From: Spirochaetia bacterium
GTDB lineage: Bacteria > Spirochaetota > Spirochaetia > CADAEX01
Reading direction: 5' to 3'
Length of the DNA: 64,000 nt
NCBI GenBank assembly: GCA_963662795.1
Contig: OY759746.1
Location: forward strand, 3,424,001 to 3,488,000
The position numbers and the translations under genes were made by a program. Numbering within the stretch: position 1 is the first letter of the stretch; each line of letters starts with the position of its first letter. Positions 1 to 10,238 of this stretch are shown piece by piece. The notes beneath the pieces were generated by a model, which was given only the letters and a program-made list of their open reading frames with translations, did not search any database and was not told where the DNA came from.

Positions 1-405
1 GAATCATCAGATTTTCAGCATGAGCGGTATAAAAAATACCCGTTTTTAGGCAGTGAAATAGGAGATATTCTTGCAGCAGCTGATCTTGTTGTCTGCCGCT
101 CAGGCGCCGGGACAATCCTTGAACTTGCCGCCGTCGGGAAAGGGGCAATTATAATTCCCCTTAGAGGAAAAGGGACCAGGGGAGACCAGGTTTTAAATGC
201 TGATTTCATGAAGAATAACGGTGCGGCTGTTGTAATGGATGATGATGAAATAAATCCGCAAATACTGTATAATACTGTCAGGAAATTATTATCTGACAGG
301 AATAGAATCAGGAGTATTGAAAAAGCTGTTAAATTGCTTGACAGGGCAGACTCTTCATATCTGATTGCTGAAAAAATATTAAATCTTGCCGGAGATGGAA
401 ATTGA
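1..405 (+). CDS. murG: UDP-GlcNAc:lipid I N-acetylglucosaminyltransferase, C-terminal part (5' truncated by window)
   Basis: Frame 1 is open from base 1 and reads ...GDILAAADLVVCRSGAGTILELAAVGKGAIIIPL...RGDQVLNA, the MurG C-terminal signature; it continues into the 208..405 ORF. Confidence 0.9.
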   Translation, partial: ESSDFQHERYKKYPFLGSEIGDILAAADLVVCRSGAGTILELAAVGKGAIIIPLRGKGTRGDQVLNADFMKNNGAAVVMDDDEINPQILYNTVRKLLSDRNRIRSIEKAVKLLDRADSSYLIAEKILNLAGDGN

Positions 406-896
406 ATAACATACCGCTTGTCCCGATAGATATTTTTTTTATCATTGTAATTCTTTTTTTTACAATAAGATGTATTATTAAAGGGTTTATAACAGAACTG
501 ATGTCTGTTGCCTCTGTTGTCGGAGGTATTACCGCAGGCTTCTTCTTTTCACCGGCGTTAAGCGCTGCGATTGACAAATATATCGGTATTTCAGGGTGGA
601 ACAGGCTTATATCTTTTTTGGTTATTTTTCTTACCGTTTACATTGTCCTTAAACTTATCGAGAGAGGATTTTACAGCCTGATAGAACGGGTCAGCCTTGA
701 AAGGCTTGACCGGTCTCTCGGTCTTTTCCTTGGTCTTTTTGAAGGTATTGTGATAGTACTTATCATAATTACTGTAATCGATGTTCAGCCGGTTTTCCCT
801 TCTGAAAAGATTTTATCAGGCAGTCTTATAGCAGAATATGCAAGAAAAATAATTATTCTTATTCCGGAACCAAACACAATTCCGCCTCTGATTTAG
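402..896 (+). CDS. cvpA: CvpA family (colicin V production) membrane protein
   Basis: Four hydrophobic segments, KGFITEL and LDRSLGLFLG motifs; TTG start overlaps murG stop. Confidence 0.8.
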   Translation: MNNIPLVPIDIFFIIVILFFTIRCIIKGFITELMSVASVVGGITAGFFFSPALSAAIDKYIGISGWNRLISFLVIFLTVYIVLKLIERGFYSLIERVSLERLDRSLGLFLGLFEGIVIVLIIITVIDVQPVFPSEKILSGSLIAEYARKIIILIPEPNTIPPLI

Positions 897-920
897 GCGT
901 ATCAAGGGAGCTTTTACTGG

Positions 921-2129
921 ATGTTTGATAACATAATTGGACACACCTCCGTTATGGAGCAGATGAAAAAAGAAATAAGCACTAATGCTTTTCCGCCCGC
1001 AGTTCTTTTATCAGGACCGCTATACACAGGAAAACAGACAATCGCACTTGAAACAGCCAGGGTCATAACCTGCAGCGAAAAAGCAAACTGGAATTGTAAA
1101 TGTGAATCATGCAGAATGAACCGTGTACTTTCCAATCCATCTATCCTTCTAATGGGATCTGATTTGTTCATACCTGAAATATCTACCGCAAAAAAACTGC
1201 TTGAGAGAAAAAGAGAGGCTGTAAGCTGCTTTCTTTTTATCAGGAGTGTGAGAAAGCTTCTAAGACGGTTTGATCCGGTTTTTACTGAGGAAAATGACAC
1301 TAAATATAAAAAAATATCTGCATTGGTTAATACAGTCCAGGATCTGTTAAATGATTTTGATCCTGAATATCTAAAGGGTGAAAATGTATTTGATATAGAT
1401 TTAAAAAAAGCTGATATAATCCTTGAGCATTGTAAAACAATAATCAAGGATTATAATTTCAGCAGCATACCTGTTGATCAGATACGCAAAGCTGTTTACT
1501 GGCTCAGGTTTTCCGGTTACAGCAGCAAAAAAGTCATTATTATTGAAAACGCTGAAAATATGAATGACAGTTCAAGAAACGCACTTCTTAAAATACTTGA
1601 AGAACCGCCGGGAAATACATTTTTTATCCTTCTTACAAGCCGTCCCGGAGAAATTATTCCTACAATCAAATCAAGGCTCCGCAAATATGAACTTGCAGGA
1701 AGGACAATCGCAGAAAATAAAATTGTCATTGAAAAAATATTCAGGGAGGAATCTGCAATTTTTACTGACCTGAAAAATTATCTGAATTCTTCAATACCTG
1801 AAATTGAAATAATTAAAAAAGCTGCAAAACAGTTTATATTTGATCTTTTTGATAATTCAAGAGAGGAAGAGGGAATAGGCCCTGAAGTCCGGAATATTTT
1901 AAAAGCGCAATATTCACAATATTTTCCTGAATTTCTTGAAGAACTTTCAAGGCTTTCTTCAGAGCTTTTAGGCAGCAGTGAATTTATTGATGATTCACCC
2001 GGCAGACTTTCTTTAATCAGCCATTTTGGGTATCTTATAAATGAAAGCTACAAAGGGTTTGACATATTAAATATAAATCACGAACTTCTGGCAGAATCAA
2101 TGTTTCTGGAGCTTAAAAAAAGAATATGA
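921..2129 (+). CDS. holB: DNA polymerase III clamp-loader delta' (HolB)-like subunit
   Basis: Walker A-like SGPLYTGKQT, Cys cluster CSEKANWNCKCESC, IIIENAENMNDSSRNALLKILEEPP, TIKSRL. Confidence 0.8.
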   Translation: MFDNIIGHTSVMEQMKKEISTNAFPPAVLLSGPLYTGKQTIALETARVITCSEKANWNCKCESCRMNRVLSNPSILLMGSDLFIPEISTAKKLLERKREAVSCFLFIRSVRKLLRRFDPVFTEENDTKYKKISALVNTVQDLLNDFDPEYLKGENVFDIDLKKADIILEHCKTIIKDYNFSSIPVDQIRKAVYWLRFSGYSSKKVIIIENAENMNDSSRNALLKILEEPPGNTFFILLTSRPGEIIPTIKSRLRKYELAGRTIAENKIVIEKIFREESAIFTDLKNYLNSSIPEIEIIKKAAKQFIFDLFDNSREEEGIGPEVRNILKAQYSQYFPEFLEELSRLSSELLGSSEFIDDSPGRLSLISHFGYLINESYKGFDILNINHELLAESMFLELKKRI

Positions 2130-3325
2130 GAAATTTCCTGAAGAAAGCAATCAAACGGATACCCCGACTGGATGTTAATCAGATCATAAAATTGGTAACA
2201 GTATTGTCAGATGAATATGAGCTTCTTGAAATAGTTCTTGATTCAATGACCACCGGAGTAATTGTAGCTGATAAAAGTGATAATCTGCTGTTTCTCAATA
2301 AAGCTGCCCACCGTATGCTGAATCTCTACACTCTGAATGAAAATGTCGAACGCAAAGTCTGGGAAGTAGTAAAGGATCCCTCAATCAATAATTTTCTTTG
2401 CAAATATCTTGCAGGGGAAGATGATACCAAGCCTGTAAGTATTTTTGTCGGTGCAAATGAGAGTGAGTCCAGGCTTCTTGAATTCAGAATCGTCCCACTG
2501 GTTAAAACAAATTCCATCATAGGCAATGTAGTCACAATAGAAGATGTTACAGACAAAAAAATAAAGGAATCAAAACTGAGGAGGGCGGAAAGTCTTGCAT
2601 CACTTACCACCCTTGCCGCAGGTGTCGCCCATGAAATAAAAAACCCTCTCGGCTCCATCAGCATCTATCTTCAGTTGATGGAAAAAACAATTTCCAGAAA
2701 CAGCGAGAACGATATCTGCAGCAGCATAAAGAACAATATTTCAGTCATCAAGGAAGAAGTGGAACGTCTTAATAAAATTGTTGTTGATTTTTTATTCGCG
2801 GTAAGACCAATTGATCTTGATTTAAATAATGAGAATTTAAATAAAATAATACTTGAAACGCTGGAACTGTTTACTCCGGAACTGGTAAAATCAGGAATTA
2901 TAGTCGATACAGATTTATGTCCAAAGATCCCTGACCTTAAACTTGATAAACGGTATATCAAACAGGTGCTTATAAATCTTATTAAAAATGCTGAACTGGC
3001 TATGAGCAAGGGCGGCAGTTTAACTATTACCACTGAGTGCAGGGATAACCAGGCAGTGCTCAAGGTAATTGATACAGGAACGGGAATACCGGATAATATA
3101 CTCTCGAGAATTTTTGAACCTTATTTTACTACAAGGGATTTCGGATCAGGAATTGGTCTTACTATTGTTTATAAGGTTGTTAAAGAACACAAAGGCGATA
3201 TTTCAATTAAAACGAAAGAAAATAAAGGAACTACCTTTATTATAACTTTTCCTCTGCCGCAGACAGAACAGAGACTTATAGAATATGAAGGGGACGGTGA
3301 TGAAATTCTCAATCCTGATAGCTGA
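2126..3325 (+). CDS. Cytoplasmic PAS-domain sensor histidine kinase (NtrB/Hk2-like)
   Basis: PAS-like N-terminus (VLDSMTTGVIVAD..FLNKAA), H-box AHEIKNPL, N-box NLIKNA, G1 DTGTGI, F FEPYFTT, G2 GSGIGL; no obvious TM helix. Confidence 0.92.
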   Translation: MRNFLKKAIKRIPRLDVNQIIKLVTVLSDEYELLEIVLDSMTTGVIVADKSDNLLFLNKAAHRMLNLYTLNENVERKVWEVVKDPSINNFLCKYLAGEDDTKPVSIFVGANESESRLLEFRIVPLVKTNSIIGNVVTIEDVTDKKIKESKLRRAESLASLTTLAAGVAHEIKNPLGSISIYLQLMEKTISRNSENDICSSIKNNISVIKEEVERLNKIVVDFLFAVRPIDLDLNNENLNKIILETLELFTPELVKSGIIVDTDLCPKIPDLKLDKRYIKQVLINLIKNAELAMSKGGSLTITTECRDNQAVLKVIDTGTGIPDNILSRIFEPYFTTRDFGSGIGLTIVYKVVKEHKGDISIKTKENKGTTFIITFPLPQTEQRLIEYEGDGDEILNPDS

Positions 3326-4655
3326 TGACGAAAAAAATATAAGAACAGGCCTTGGACAGGCTTTGAACGAAGAAGGCTATAGAACCTATCTCGCGGCGGA
3401 CGGAGCAGAAGCTTTTTCCATTTATTCGAAAAACAGTATTGATCTCGTAATAACAGATCTTAAAATGCCTGAAATCTCAGGAGAGGAACTCCTTAAAAAA
3501 ATTACCAATGAGAATAAAAACATACCTGTAATAATATTGACCGGACACGGTACTATTGAAAAAGCTGTTCAGACGATGAGGGACGGTGCCTATGATTTTA
3601 TAACAAAACCGCTCAATCTCGACCATCTTTATCTGATAATAAAAAGAGCTCTTTCCAACCGGGAACTTCAGATTCAGCACAAGGCGCTACAGGAAGAGGT
3701 TGAAAAAATAAAGAACAGGAGCAGATACCTTAATCTGGTAGGAAAAAGCAATTCCATGAAAAAAGTTGTAGAAACAATTGATCAGGTGGCAGCTACCAGG
3801 GCATCAGTTCTTATTACTGGTGAAAGCGGCGTTGGGAAGGAAGTAGTTGCAGATGTAATACATAATCTTTCAGACAGAAAGGATAAACCTTTTATTAAGG
3901 TTCATTGTGCAGCTTTATCCGAATCTCTTCTTGAAAGTGAACTTTTCGGACATGAAAAGGGTGCATTTACCGGGGCGATAGCGAAAAAAAGGGGCAGGTT
4001 TGAACTTGCCCATAACGGCACAATTTTTCTCGATGAAATCGGGGAGATAAATCAGTCTGTACAGATAAAACTTCTGCGTGTTCTTCAGGAAAGAACATTT
4101 GAGAGGGTCGGTGGAGAAGAAACTGTAAGTGTTGATGTCAGGATTATTTCTGCGACAAACAAGGATCTTGCAAAAGAAGTTGAAAAAGGCAATTTCAGGG
4201 AAGATCTTTATTACAGGTTAAATGTTGTAAATCTGCATATACCGCCGTTAAGGGAAAGGCAGGAGGATATTCCTCTGCTGATTGCGGTTTTCCTTAAAGA
4301 AATTACAGAAGAAAACGGTAAAAAAATTGACGGCATAGATACCAAAGCACAGGCCGCTCTTTACAACCACAAATGGAAAGGAAACATAAGAGAACTTAGA
4401 AACTGCATAGAAAGTTCTGTTGTAATGTCAAAAGGCAATATAATACTTTATGAAGATCTTCCTGTTTCAATTAAAGATGAATCAAACGATAATAATATAA
4501 TTATCAAGACAGGAACTCCGTTATCCGATGTAGAGCGTATTGTAATCAACAGCACCCTTAACATTCTTAAAGGCAATAAAAGCAAAACAGCCGAAGTTCT
4601 CGGTATAGGAAGAAAAACGCTTCACAGAAAGCTTAATGATTATAATATTGAATAA
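3300..4655 (+). CDS. Sigma54-dependent response regulator (REC-AAA+-Fis HTH; NtrC/Rrp2-like)
   Basis: ILIADDE and [10 protein letters not shown] receiver, GESGVGKE Walker A, GAFTGA loop, FLDEIGE Walker [29 protein letters not shown]. Start refined to ATG at 3300. Confidence 0.93.
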   Translation: MKFSILIADDEKNIRTGLGQALNEEGYRTYLAADGAEAFSIYSKNSIDLVITDLKMPEISGEELLKKITNENKNIPVIILTGHGTIEKAVQTMRDGAYDFITKPLNLDHLYLIIKRALSNRELQIQHKALQEEVEKIKNRSRYLNLVGKSNSMKKVVETIDQVAATRASVLITGESGVGKEVVADVIHNLSDRKDKPFIKVHCAALSESLLESELFGHEKGAFTGAIAKKRGRFELAHNGTIFLDEIGEINQSVQIKLLRVLQERTFERVGGEETVSVDVRIISATNKDLAKEVEKGNFREDLYYRLNVVNLHIPPLRERQEDIPLLIAVFLKEITEENGKKIDGIDTKAQAALYNHKWKGNIRELRNCIESSVVMSKGNIILYEDLPVSIKDESNDNNIIIKTGTPLSDVERIVINSTLNILKGNKSKTAEVLGIGRKTLHRKLNDYNIE

Positions 4656-4700
4656 TCAGGATGGTCTGATAAAAACCCGAAGTGAAATCAGCCTGCAAAA

Positions 4701-5507
4701 TCAAACTGCGCTTTCATCAAAATAATAATTGCCGGTAAAAATATACTCAGGTTTTGAAGTAACATAGACATGATTGTCCTCCCTGTCCCATTCAACGTAT
4801 GCGGCATTGTTTTGAATCATTACCAGATTTTCATTCTCATAACCGTTAAGTGATGCTGCAATGGAAGCAATTGAACATATGAGTGAATTGTCAATATTCC
4901 TTAACGGTATCCAGTGCCTCAAACTTATACTGTTGCGGGCGGAAGGAAAGACAAATACAGGCAGGCTGTCAGAATAGGCAGGGCTTTTAATAATCCTTGC
5001 ACTTAGCTCTTTCAGTTCTTTAGCCGGTTTGTTTTCAGGAAAAAAAACCAGCGCGTGTTTTATAAGATCAATTTTTGTGTATGTGTAAGTATGATTATCA
5101 ATAACAAGGTTTTCAATAATACCTGTGTTGAAGGAAGGCTCTCCAACAGAAATACGAAAATTAGTACTGTCTATTATCTGGACAGAAAGAGCGATGTCAT
5201 TATTGATTATTTTTATTACTTTGCTGTTAATTGATATTGTATCAAAAATAAATCTTGTTGCGATAAGCGTTGAATCAGTTAAGCATGAATACAGTTTTCC
5301 GTCAGGCGAATAGGTTTTTATAACAATTTTTTCCCGATCTGCGGAGATGACAAAAATGATTCCTTTGGAACCGACTCCTGTATGCCTGTCGCAAATATTC
5401 ACTGCTGCTTTTGACAGCAGTGAATTGTTAAACAAATTTATATTTCTTATATCTGAAAGGATAAAATCATTTTTTAATAAATGTATTTTATAAAAATTAA
5501 TATCCAC
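4701..5507 (-). CDS. Divergent diaminopimelate epimerase (DapF)-like protein
   Basis: FYKIHLLKNDFI, ICDRHTGVGSKGIIFV, YSPDG and C-terminal VYVTSKPEYIFTG align with the DapF scaffold; catalytic loops are degenerate; directly downstream of lysC. Confidence 0.65.
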   Translation of the reverse strand: MDINFYKIHLLKNDFILSDIRNINLFNNSLLSKAAVNICDRHTGVGSKGIIFVISADREKIVIKTYSPDGKLYSCLTDSTLIATRFIFDTISINSKVIKIINNDIALSVQIIDSTNFRISVGEPSFNTGIIENLVIDNHTYTYTKIDLIKHALVFFPENKPAKELKELSARIIKSPAYSDSLPVFVFPSARNSISLRHWIPLRNIDNSLICSIASIAASLNGYENENLVMIQNNAAYVEWDREDNHVYVTSKPEYIFTGNYYFDESAV

Positions 5508-5518
5508 AGTTTTTAAAG

Positions 5519-6856
5519 TTATTTAAAAAAACTCTTGTGAAGCTTTTTAATTGTTTCATTAATTTCATCCTGGGGAAGAACCATGGAAAGGTTTACCTCG
5601 GATGCTCCCAAAGAAATCATTTTGACAGATGCAGGATACAGGGTTTTAAATATGTCTGAAATCAATGAAGAGTCTTTCCATATATTTTTTCCTACAAGGC
5701 AGATAATACCATTGTTATATTCAACTGTAGTTTTACCGATCTGTTCAAGCTCAGTCAATATAAGGCCGATGTTGCGTACATCTTCTATGGTCATGGATAC
5801 AGAAACCTCTGAAGTTGAAATAAGATCTACCGGTGTTTTGTATTTACTGAAAATCTGAAATATCTTTGATAAAAAGCCGTAAGCATTCAGCATTCTTGAA
5901 GAAGTGATGTTAATAAGCGTAATGTTCTTTTTCCCTGAAATACCGGTTAAACCTGTTCCTGAAGTTTTATCAATAATTGCAGTTCCAGGGGAATCAGGAT
6001 TTTTTGTGTTTTTAACTATAACAGGTATTTTTTTCTCAACTGCCGGCTGGATAGTTGAAGGATGAACAACCTTTGCACCAAAAAAAGCAAGCTCTGCAGC
6101 TTCAGCATAGGATATACTTTCGATCCGTTTTGCATCGCTTACAATTCTGGGATCAGTAGTAAGAATGCCGTCTACATCTGTCCAGATCTGCACCTCTTCA
6201 GCATCAAGCGCTGAGCCGATTATTGCGGCAGTGTAATCTGAACCGCTGCGGCCCAAAGTAGTTATATGTCCTTCTTCTGATGAACCGATAAAACCCTGAG
6301 CAATAACTATTTTACCCTTTTGCGGCTTTACAAACTCACGAATTTTTGGATTTGTTATTTTGAATATTGGAGCGGCATTTGAAAAATTGTCATCAGTAAT
6401 AATGAAATCCCTTGAATCAAGAAGTTCCGCATTGATCTTTCTCTCAATAATTCTGTGATATATAAGCAGTGTTGAAAGTCTTTCACCAAACGAAAGCAGC
6501 GTATCCGAACTTTTCGGTGAGCATTCCTGCAGAAGATACAGCCCCCTTGAAAGGGAGGAAAGCTGATCAAAAAGTGTATTCAGTGATTTTAAAGCAGCTG
6601 CAAGATTTTCACCTGTCAAAAAGGCTTCTGCAGCGTCAATATGTACTTTTTTAAGGATATCAATTGTTTCGATTATTCCATCTTTATCTTTCTGGAATGA
6701 ACAATTGGCTATATTTATAAGACGGTCAGTTGTTTTGGCCATTGCTGATGCAACAAGAACAGGAGCCCTGTCTATCATGCTGTTTGTTATGTCAATGGCT
6801 TTATCCATCCAAAAACTGTCCTGTACTGAAGTCCCGCCAAATTTAATTACAATCAT
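5519..6856 (-). CDS. lysC: Aspartate kinase (with C-terminal ACT domains)
   Basis: KFGGTSV, SFGERLS, TTLGRSGSDYTA, IWTDVDGILTTDPR, AFFGAKVVHP, ISTSEVSVS. Confidence 0.93.
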   Translation of the reverse strand: MIVIKFGGTSVQDSFWMDKAIDITNSMIDRAPVLVASAMAKTTDRLINIANCSFQKDKDGIIETIDILKKVHIDAAEAFLTGENLAAALKSLNTLFDQLSSLSRGLYLLQECSPKSSDTLLSFGERLSTLLIYHRIIERKINAELLDSRDFIITDDNFSNAAPIFKITNPKIREFVKPQKGKIVIAQGFIGSSEEGHITTLGRSGSDYTAAIIGSALDAEEVQIWTDVDGILTTDPRIVSDAKRIESISYAEAAELAFFGAKVVHPSTIQPAVEKKIPVIVKNTKNPDSPGTAIIDKTSGTGLTGISGKKNITLINITSSRMLNAYGFLSKIFQIFSKYKTPVDLISTSEVSVSMTIEDVRNIGLILTELEQIGKTTVEYNNGIICLVGKNIWKDSSLISDIFKTLYPASVKMISLGASEVNLSMVLPQDEINETIKKLHKSFFK

Positions 6857-6946
6857 ATTTCTGCCTTCTCAATTAAATGTGTGTCTAATTGATTGTTGCT
6901 AACATATATGAGATATTATGTCAATAATTATACAGGAAGGGCTGTT

Positions 6947-7747
6947 ATGCTTAACGATATTGAAGAAAAAACTGAAAAAGCATTTAAATCCTGCAGCACA
7001 GGAAATATGAATGGAATAAGGACCGGAATAATCCTTGGTTCCGGACTTTCAGGTGTAAGAAATTCAATTAGCGGACAGGAAATACCGTTTTCTGAAATTG
7101 AAGGATTTCCTGCTCCAGGCGTAAAAGGGCACTCGGGAATACTTAAAATCTCACAGCAATGCGCTGTCCTTGCCGGAAGATTCCATTACTATGAGGGACA
7201 TGGTCTTGACGATGTAGTTCTGCCTGTTTTTCTCCTTAAAAAACTTGGAGTTGAGAATATTATTATTACCAATGCGGCAGGCGGAATAAACAGATCATAT
7301 TCACCCGGTGAGCTTGTCCTCATCAGTGACCATCTTAATTTGACAGGTGTTAATCCTCTTATAGGAAAAAATATTGAAGAATACGGACCGAGGTTCCCGG
7401 ATATGAGCAGCGCCTACAGCAAATCTCTTATTGAAAAAGCTCTTGAAATAAAGCCAGGTCTTAAGAAAGGTGTTTATGCCGGACTTACCGGTCCGTCTTA
7501 TGAAACACCGGCAGAGGTCAGGATGCTGGCAGCTATTGGCGCAGATCTGGTTGGAATGTCTACAGTAAATGAGGTTATTGCAGCGCGCTATCTCGGTATC
7601 AACGTACTTGGAATATCATGCGTAACAAACATGGCTTCGGGAATACTTGAAAAACCGCTTGATCACAGCGAAGTAATTGATACAGGTAAAAAAGCGGAAG
7701 CTGAATTGACCGGACTTGTTCTGGAACTCATCAGGAGATTAATTTAA
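6947..7747 (+). CDS. punA: Purine-nucleoside phosphorylase (trimeric type I)
   Basis: GIILGSGL, GRFHYYEG, ITNAAGG, GPRFPDMS, GPSYETPAE, VGMSTV; GGAAGG SD before ATG 6947. Confidence 0.9.
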   Translation: MLNDIEEKTEKAFKSCSTGNMNGIRTGIILGSGLSGVRNSISGQEIPFSEIEGFPAPGVKGHSGILKISQQCAVLAGRFHYYEGHGLDDVVLPVFLLKKLGVENIIITNAAGGINRSYSPGELVLISDHLNLTGVNPLIGKNIEEYGPRFPDMSSAYSKSLIEKALEIKPGLKKGVYAGLTGPSYETPAEVRMLAAIGADLVGMSTVNEVIAARYLGINVLGISCVTNMASGILEKPLDHSEVIDTGKKAEAELTGLVLELIRRLI

Positions 7748-7753
7748 CCATTC

Positions 7754-10159
7754 ATGCGCGCCAATGAAAGAATAACCGGGAATACTCTTGAAATTATAAG
7801 AAAAGCAATAAATGAAGCAGACGGCAATGAGGTCATGTTCTGCGGCAGACTTGATTCCAAAGGAATGATTGAGTCTGTCATTATCGCTGCAAGGGGCAAT
7901 GAAGAAGCAGTCCCCGCAATCGAGTCTTTTATTGAAAAAGGCGAGGTTGTAATCCACAACCATCCTGACAGCGTTTTAAAACCCAGCAATGCGGATTTGA
8001 GAATTGCTTCAATTCTTGGTTCCCAGGGAACAGGTTTTATAATAATCGATAATACCGCGGAAAATATATATGTAGTTGCAGAACCTCTTGTATCCAAAAA
8101 AAGAAAGAAAATAAGAACAGATAAACTCGCGGATAAAATTTCTCCGGACGGTGCGCTGTCAAAACTGTTTGAATATTATGAACCCAGGGATTCCCAGATA
8201 GAGATGCTTATATCTGTCGCGGAATGTTTTAATAGTGAGAACATGCTTATTGCGGAAGCAGGTACAGGAGTCGGCAAGTCTATTGCCTATCTGCTTCCTG
8301 CTTTTCAGCAGGTAATCAACAATGATGAAAGGGTGGTTATTTCCACCAACACAATCAATCTTCAGCATCAGCTGCTTGAGAAAGATATTCCGCTTGTTAA
8401 AAGTATTTTAAAAACTGATAAAAAAGCAGCCCTGATCAAGGGAAGGTCCAACTATCTCTGTTTAAGAAAATATTATGAATATATCAATGAAAATTCTCTT
8501 TTCAGAGACGGGGAAGATAAAGGAATCAGCCTTATAAGGGAATGGGCTTCTGTAACAGAGACAGGAGACAAGGCCGACCTGCCTGTTGTTCCTGATTATA
8601 CTGTCTGGAATGATATATGCTCTGAATCTGACTACTGTCTCGGGCTTTACTGTCAGTACAGGGAAAAATGTTTTGTGATAAAAGCACGAAAAAATGCATC
8701 ATCAGCTTCTATCCTTGTTGTTAACCATCATCTTCTTTTTTCTGACATGGCGGCAAGAAGTTCCGGAGCCGGTTTTAACGGAACAGCTGTGCTTCCCGCT
8801 TTCAGGCATGTTGTTTTTGATGAAGCGCATAATATTGAAACAGCTGCAACTTCATACTTTTCCATGATACTTTCAAAAGGATATATATTAAAAACCTTTA
8901 AAAAAATCTACAGCAGATACCGCGGCAAGGTTTCAGGACTATACCTTTTCCTTGAGGCCGGTACAATTCAGCATCAAACCAGGGTTGCTGAACTTCCGCA
9001 GATGATTTCAGATACACTCGGCTTATATGATCTGCTTGAGAGTGAAGCTGAGAAAAAAATAACAGAAAGACAAAATATTAAAATTGAAAAATCCCTTTTT
9101 TTTGATGATATATATTCAGCACTTTTTGCCTTTAAAAAAAACATGCTCAGGATATATAATCTGCTTGATGATATTTCACAGGATCTTGATATTTCACCGG
9201 ATGAAGATTCAAGGATATATGAGCTTGCCCTTATAAAAGGAAAAATTAAAGGATTGATCTCCACTGCTGAAATTATACTTGATGCAGATGAAGACTATGT
9301 TAGCTGGATAGAAAAAGGGAAAAGCACTGTTTTTACACTGACCCCGCTTGATGTAAGCAAGGTGCTGAGAGATACAGTCTATGAAAAAATCTGCAGTATA
9401 GTTTTTACATCCGCGACTTTAAGTATAAGGGAGTCCTTTGATTTCTGGAAAAAAAGAATAGGCCTTACTCTCCAGAACAGGGAAATTACTGAAAAAATAT
9501 TCAAGTCTCCTTTTGATTACAGAAAAAAGGTATTGCTCGCTGTCCCTACTGATATAAAAGATCCTTCTGATCCGTTATATACCAGCGAACTTTCAGCATT
9601 TGCCCTTAATATTATAAAAATATCTGAAGGTGGAGCTCTTCTTCTTTTTACATCTTATTCAATGCTTATGGATGTTTACAGCAGAATAAAGGATGATGTC
9701 ATAAATACAGGAATTACAATTCTGAGGCAGGGCGAGTTTGACAGATTCAGGATACAGAAAATATTCAATGAAGATAAAAAAAGTGTTCTCCTTGCAACAG
9801 ATTCATTCTGGGAGGGAATAGACAGTCCTGGTGAGACTTTAAAAATAGTTATTATCTGCCGGCTGCCCTTTAAAGTACCATCAGACCCTGTAATTCAGTC
9901 AAGACTTGAAAAAATTGAAAAAGAGGGCGGGAATCCATTTGCAGATTACTCACTCCCTGAAGCTGTTATAAGGCTGAGGCAGGGATTCGGACGGCTTATG
10001 AGGAGAAAAACTGATACAGGTATTGTTATTGTAACAGACAACAGAATAGTAAAAAAATCCTATGGACAGGTTTTTATTGCTTCACTGCCGGAAACTTCAA
10101 AATGTATAAGTGATATGGGGCAGATAGAAGAAAAAATTGAATCATTTCTTTACAGCTGA
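7754..10159 (+). CDS. DinG/YoaA-family Fe-S SF2 helicase with N-terminal JAB/MPN (RadC-like) domain
   Basis: Q-motif PRDSQ, EAGTGVGKS, KGRSNYLC plus Cys cluster, FDEAH, TSATL, SFWEGID, RQGFGRLMR; N-terminal E...HNHPDSVLKPSNAD. Confidence 0.88.
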   Translation: MRANERITGNTLEIIRKAINEADGNEVMFCGRLDSKGMIESVIIAARGNEEAVPAIESFIEKGEVVIHNHPDSVLKPSNADLRIASILGSQGTGFIIIDNTAENIYVVAEPLVSKKRKKIRTDKLADKISPDGALSKLFEYYEPRDSQIEMLISVAECFNSENMLIAEAGTGVGKSIAYLLPAFQQVINNDERVVISTNTINLQHQLLEKDIPLVKSILKTDKKAALIKGRSNYLCLRKYYEYINENSLFRDGEDKGISLIREWASVTETGDKADLPVVPDYTVWNDICSESDYCLGLYCQYREKCFVIKARKNASSASILVVNHHLLFSDMAARSSGAGFNGTAVLPAFRHVVFDEAHNIETAATSYFSMILSKGYILKTFKKIYSRYRGKVSGLYLFLEAGTIQHQTRVAELPQMISDTLGLYDLLESEAEKKITERQNIKIEKSLFFDDIYSALFAFKKNMLRIYNLLDDISQDLDISPDEDSRIYELALIKGKIKGLISTAEIILDADEDYVSWIEKGKSTVFTLTPLDVSKVLRDTVYEKICSIVFTSATLSIRESFDFWKKRIGLTLQNREITEKIFKSPFDYRKKVLLAVPTDIKDPSDPLYTSELSAFALNIIKISEGGALLLFTSYSMLMDVYSRIKDDVINTGITILRQGEFDRFRIQKIFNEDKKSVLLATDSFWEGIDSPGETLKIVIICRLPFKVPSDPVIQSRLEKIEKEGGNPFADYSLPEAVIRLRQGFGRLMRRKTDTGIVIVTDNRIVKKSYGQVFIASLPETSKCISDMGQIEEKIESFLYS

Positions 10160-10177
10160 AATTATACGGCTGATATC

Positions 10178-10219
10178 AATAAAAAAGGCTGATGGAATTA
10201 ACCTACAGCCTTTTTTATT
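10178..10219. terminator. Bidirectional intrinsic terminator between convergent helicase and groES
   Basis: AATAAAAAAGGCTG...CAGCCTTTTTTATT inverted repeat with A and T tracts on each side. Confidence 0.8.
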
Positions 10220-10238
10220 TCAGTGATTGTGAAACTTT

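Noticed and set aside
6857-6946. Lysine riboswitch upstream of lysC
   Set aside because: Only ~90 bp of AT-rich divergent intergenic sequence; too short and unstructured for an L-box.
7754-10159. DinG as a type IV CRISPR (CasDinG) or JAB/ubiquitin-like defence component
   Set aside because: No cas genes, array, E1/E2 or CD-NTase nearby; the context is housekeeping.
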